Below are positions 61,355 to 64,000 of a stretch of 64,000 bases of DNA, piece by piece. A model generated the notes under the pieces. That model had not been told where the DNA came from and did no database searches. It saw only the letters and a list, made by a program, of their open reading frames with translations. The stretch is from Promethearchaeota archaeon (GTDB lineage: Archaea; Asgardarchaeota; Lokiarchaeia; Sigyniarchaeales; SOKP01). Location: assembly GCA_019058365.1 (NCBI GenBank), contig JAHPZE010000004.1, forward strand, positions 96,001-160,000, written 5' to 3'. Every line of letters starts with the position of its first letter. The first letter of the stretch is position 1. A program made the position numbers and the translations under genes.

Positions 61355-63982
61355 TTAGTTCATTGGTAACTTTACAATAAAAGTACTCCCCTTATTTCTA
61401 CCTTTTGATTCTGCTTTAATAGTCCCTCCATGTAAGTCAACAATTTCCTTTGATATAAAAAGTCCAAGCCCTGAACCCTGAATATTGATATATTCTAGCC
61501 CGTTACCATATCTTTCTATTTTTCCAAATCTAGTAAATAGGATATTCATTTCATCTAAAGTCAATCCTACTCCTGTATCAGCTATAGAAATTACAGCCCA
61601 ATTATCAAGTTTCTCCAGTTTAACATTGATTTTTCCTTTAGGAGGTGTATTTTTTACTGCATTTGATAATAAGTTCATAATAACTTGTTCTATTCTAATT
61701 CTGTCAATCTCTAAATACAACTCGTCTAAAAGAACTACATTGAGAGTAAGGTTCCTTTCTTTTGTAAAATGCATCATTTCCCCAGCTGATTCTCTTATCA
61801 GTTTAGATAAATCGCTCTTCTGTTTATCTAATTTGAATTTATCATATTCAATTCTAGACACATCAATTAAATTATCCACTAAATACTTCAACCTCTCTCC
61901 TCCTTTCTCGATTAATTTGATTAATTCCACTTGCTCATTTTCCAATTTTGTGTTGTAAAGACTTGAAAAAAGTTCAGCACCTCCACAAACTGTAGCAAGA
62001 GGAGTCTTTAATTCATGAGCAACTCTAGAAATTAAGTTTTTTCTAATTTGGTCAAGTTCCTTTAATTTGGAAATTTCTTCATTAATTAGAACTTCAGCTT
62101 GCTTTCGCTGTGTTATATCGGTGAATAATGCTTGAACAAAATATTCATTTTCTAATCGAATCAAGGATGCTTGTAAATTTACCCAAATTATGCTCTGATC
62201 TTTTTTTTGCATTTGTAGATCAATTCGATGAACTCTTTCTCCTTTTACGAATCTTTTAAAGAGTTTCATAATAGTTGGTAAATAATTCGGATGTATTACA
62301 GAGATCTTTTGAAATTTCTTTCCCACTAACTCGTCTTTTGAATATCCAAACATTAATTCTGTTGTAGGATTACATTCAATAATTACTCCTTTAGAATTTA
62401 TAACAACAATAGAGAATGGAGTATTTTCATAAAAAAAACGATACTTTCTTTCAGATTCTAAAAATTTCCTTTCTGCTTCTACTTTATCAGTAATATCAAT
62501 AATCGTAATAAAGTCGGCAGATTTTCCTTCATAATTAATAGTTTTTGAAAAAAGTTCTCCATAAATTAATTCTCCTGTCTTTTTAAAACCTCTAAATTGA
62601 TAATGTGTTATAACATCTTTATCCCCTTTCTGCTTTTTACTTGCCTGTTCCGCAACCATTTGTTTATCTTCAGGATGAACCATATCAAGAAATTCTCCAG
62701 GTCCCCAATCTTTCATTTCTTCTGGAGTTCTTCCTCCAATCGCTGCGAATCTTTGATTAACATATTTAAACTTTCCATCTTGTAAAATTCCTATCCCTAT
62801 TAATGATTGTTCAGCAATATTTCTGAATTTTTCTTCAGATTCTTTTAATTCACGTTCTAAAATGAATTTTTCTGTAATATCAATAAAAGTACCATCAATT
62901 CTAATTGGATTTCCCTTCTTATCTCGAATTAAATGAGAGTTTAATTCAACTATAATTTTTCTTCCATCTTTAGTTAATGCTAAACATTCATAATTTTTCG
63001 TCATATCATTTTTTAATATATGTTTTAAATAAACATCCCGTTGTTCTGGATATTGCCAAAAAACTCTAACATTTTTACCTCTCAAATCCTCTGATGGATC
63101 ATAGCCCATAATTATATTATGTGCTTGATTATGATTGAGCATTTGACCATCTATAGTAACTTGATAAAATCCTACATCCAAATTATTAATTAGATTACGA
63201 TATTTTAACTCAGATTCTTTTAATTTTTCTTCAAATACTTTTCCTTCAGTAACATCTTCAGTTTGAACTAAAACTAAATCTGGTCCAACATAACCATAGT
63301 TTACTAAAAGATATTTTTCCTCATTATTAAATTCAAATCGGTATTTCATCTCTCTCAAGATGCGTGTTTTTTCATTAAAACATTTATGTAAGTCATTTAG
63401 AATATCTGGTCTGTCTTTATATTGCTCAGAAGCCTTATGACCTAGCACACTCACAATATTACCATGAGTAAATTTTTCAGCAACTTTATTAAAATCAATG
63501 AACACAAAATCATTATTTATTTTTTTCCATGTATAAGTAGCAATTGGACTTTCTTTATAGAGCGCTCTAAAAAATTCTTCTGAATCTCTTAATCTTAATT
63601 CTGCTTTCTTACGCTCAGTAATATTCTTGCCAAATCCTAATATTGCATAAACTATATTATTTTTTTTTAATGGAATACCATACGTCTCAATATATATGAA
63701 ATTGCCATTTTTTGCTTTTACTTTATATTCCTCGCGTTTTGATTGTTTTCCTGTTTTTGTTATTTCTTTCACGACTCTATATGCTTTTTTTATATCATCT
63801 TCTTCAAGAATATCTAAAAATTTAATATGTGGTATTTCTTCTCTTTCATAACCTAAGGTTAGTAATGTAAGATCATTAGCATCCAGAAAATTTCCAGTTA
63901 AATCATTTACATAAATTAGATCTAAAGAACGATCAAACAAATCCTTATAGGTTCCTCGTATTTCATCCCTATTATACGTCAT
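61355..63982 (-). CDS. multi-PAS sensor histidine kinase
   Basis: Five PAS-like repeats; AHELKTPL, NAVK, DTGVG, GSGLGL. Confidence 0.93.
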   Translation of the reverse strand: MTYNRDEIRGTYKDLFDRSLDLIYVNDLTGNFLDANDLTLLTLGYEREEIPHIKFLDILEEDDIKKAYRVVKEITKTGKQSKREEYKVKAKNGNFIYIETYGIPLKKNNIVYAILGFGKNITERKKAELRLRDSEEFFRALYKESPIATYTWKKINNDFVFIDFNKVAEKFTHGNIVSVLGHKASEQYKDRPDILNDLHKCFNEKTRILREMKYRFEFNNEEKYLLVNYGYVGPDLVLVQTEDVTEGKVFEEKLKESELKYRNLINNLDVGFYQVTIDGQMLNHNQAHNIIMGYDPSEDLRGKNVRVFWQYPEQRDVYLKHILKNDMTKNYECLALTKDGRKIIVELNSHLIRDKKGNPIRIDGTFIDITEKFILERELKESEEKFRNIAEQSLIGIGILQDGKFKYVNQRFAAIGGRTPEEMKDWGPGEFLDMVHPEDKQMVAEQASKKQKGDKDVITHYQFRGFKKTGELIYGELFSKTINYEGKSADFITIIDITDKVEAERKFLESERKYRFFYENTPFSIVVINSKGVIIECNPTTELMFGYSKDELVGKKFQKISVIHPNYLPTIMKLFKRFVKGERVHRIDLQMQKKDQSIIWVNLQASLIRLENEYFVQALFTDITQRKQAEVLINEEISKLKELDQIRKNLISRVAHELKTPLATVCGGAELFSSLYNTKLENEQVELIKLIEKGGERLKYLVDNLIDVSRIEYDKFKLDKQKSDLSKLIRESAGEMMHFTKERNLTLNVVLLDELYLEIDRIRIEQVIMNLLSNAVKNTPPKGKINVKLEKLDNWAVISIADTGVGLTLDEMNILFTRFGKIERYGNGLEYINIQGSGLGLFISKEIVDLHGGTIKAESKGRNKGSTFIVKLPMN

Positions 63983-64000
63983 TTAATAATCTCCTTTTAA

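Noticed and set aside
529-62785. Numerous short antisense or overlapping ORFs in the track (e.g. 16002-16373, 34136-34495, 46804-47193, 61485-61958)
   Set aside because: They are shadows of well-supported genes on the opposite strand or another frame, with no motifs

Overview
Very AT-rich chromosomal segment of an Asgard archaeon, almost certainly Lokiarchaeia/Promethearchaeota: it carries lokiactin, two Rab-like GTPases, many LRR proteins and multi-PAS kinases, with archaeal hef, rpoK and aEF-1beta. Core genes include an intron-containing tRNA-Val(CAC), a 12-gene Hdr-Flx-FrhB operon, lpdA, mutL and mutS. There are two accessory islands with no integrase. (i) About 9.7-15.9 kb, downstream of lokiactin, punctuated by two orphan copies of the actin 3' end (HRCF*, QVINRCF*) plus their terminators. 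(ii) About 33.6-44.2 kb, delimited by three copies of an ~83-nt structured RNA whose loop is complementary to the RBS of the neighbouring gene. Island (ii) holds the best candidate for a new system: a tightly coupled three-gene operon encoding an Argonaute N-L1 half, a catalytically dead MID-PIWI Argonaute and a helical protein with a C-terminal DUF4145/HEPN-like domain. The island also has a decayed divergent wHTH regulator, an amber-interrupted ankyrin-TIR gene and a COMMD-like/DUF5678/aspartyl-protease operon. All calls come from motif recognition by eye; no database searches were run.
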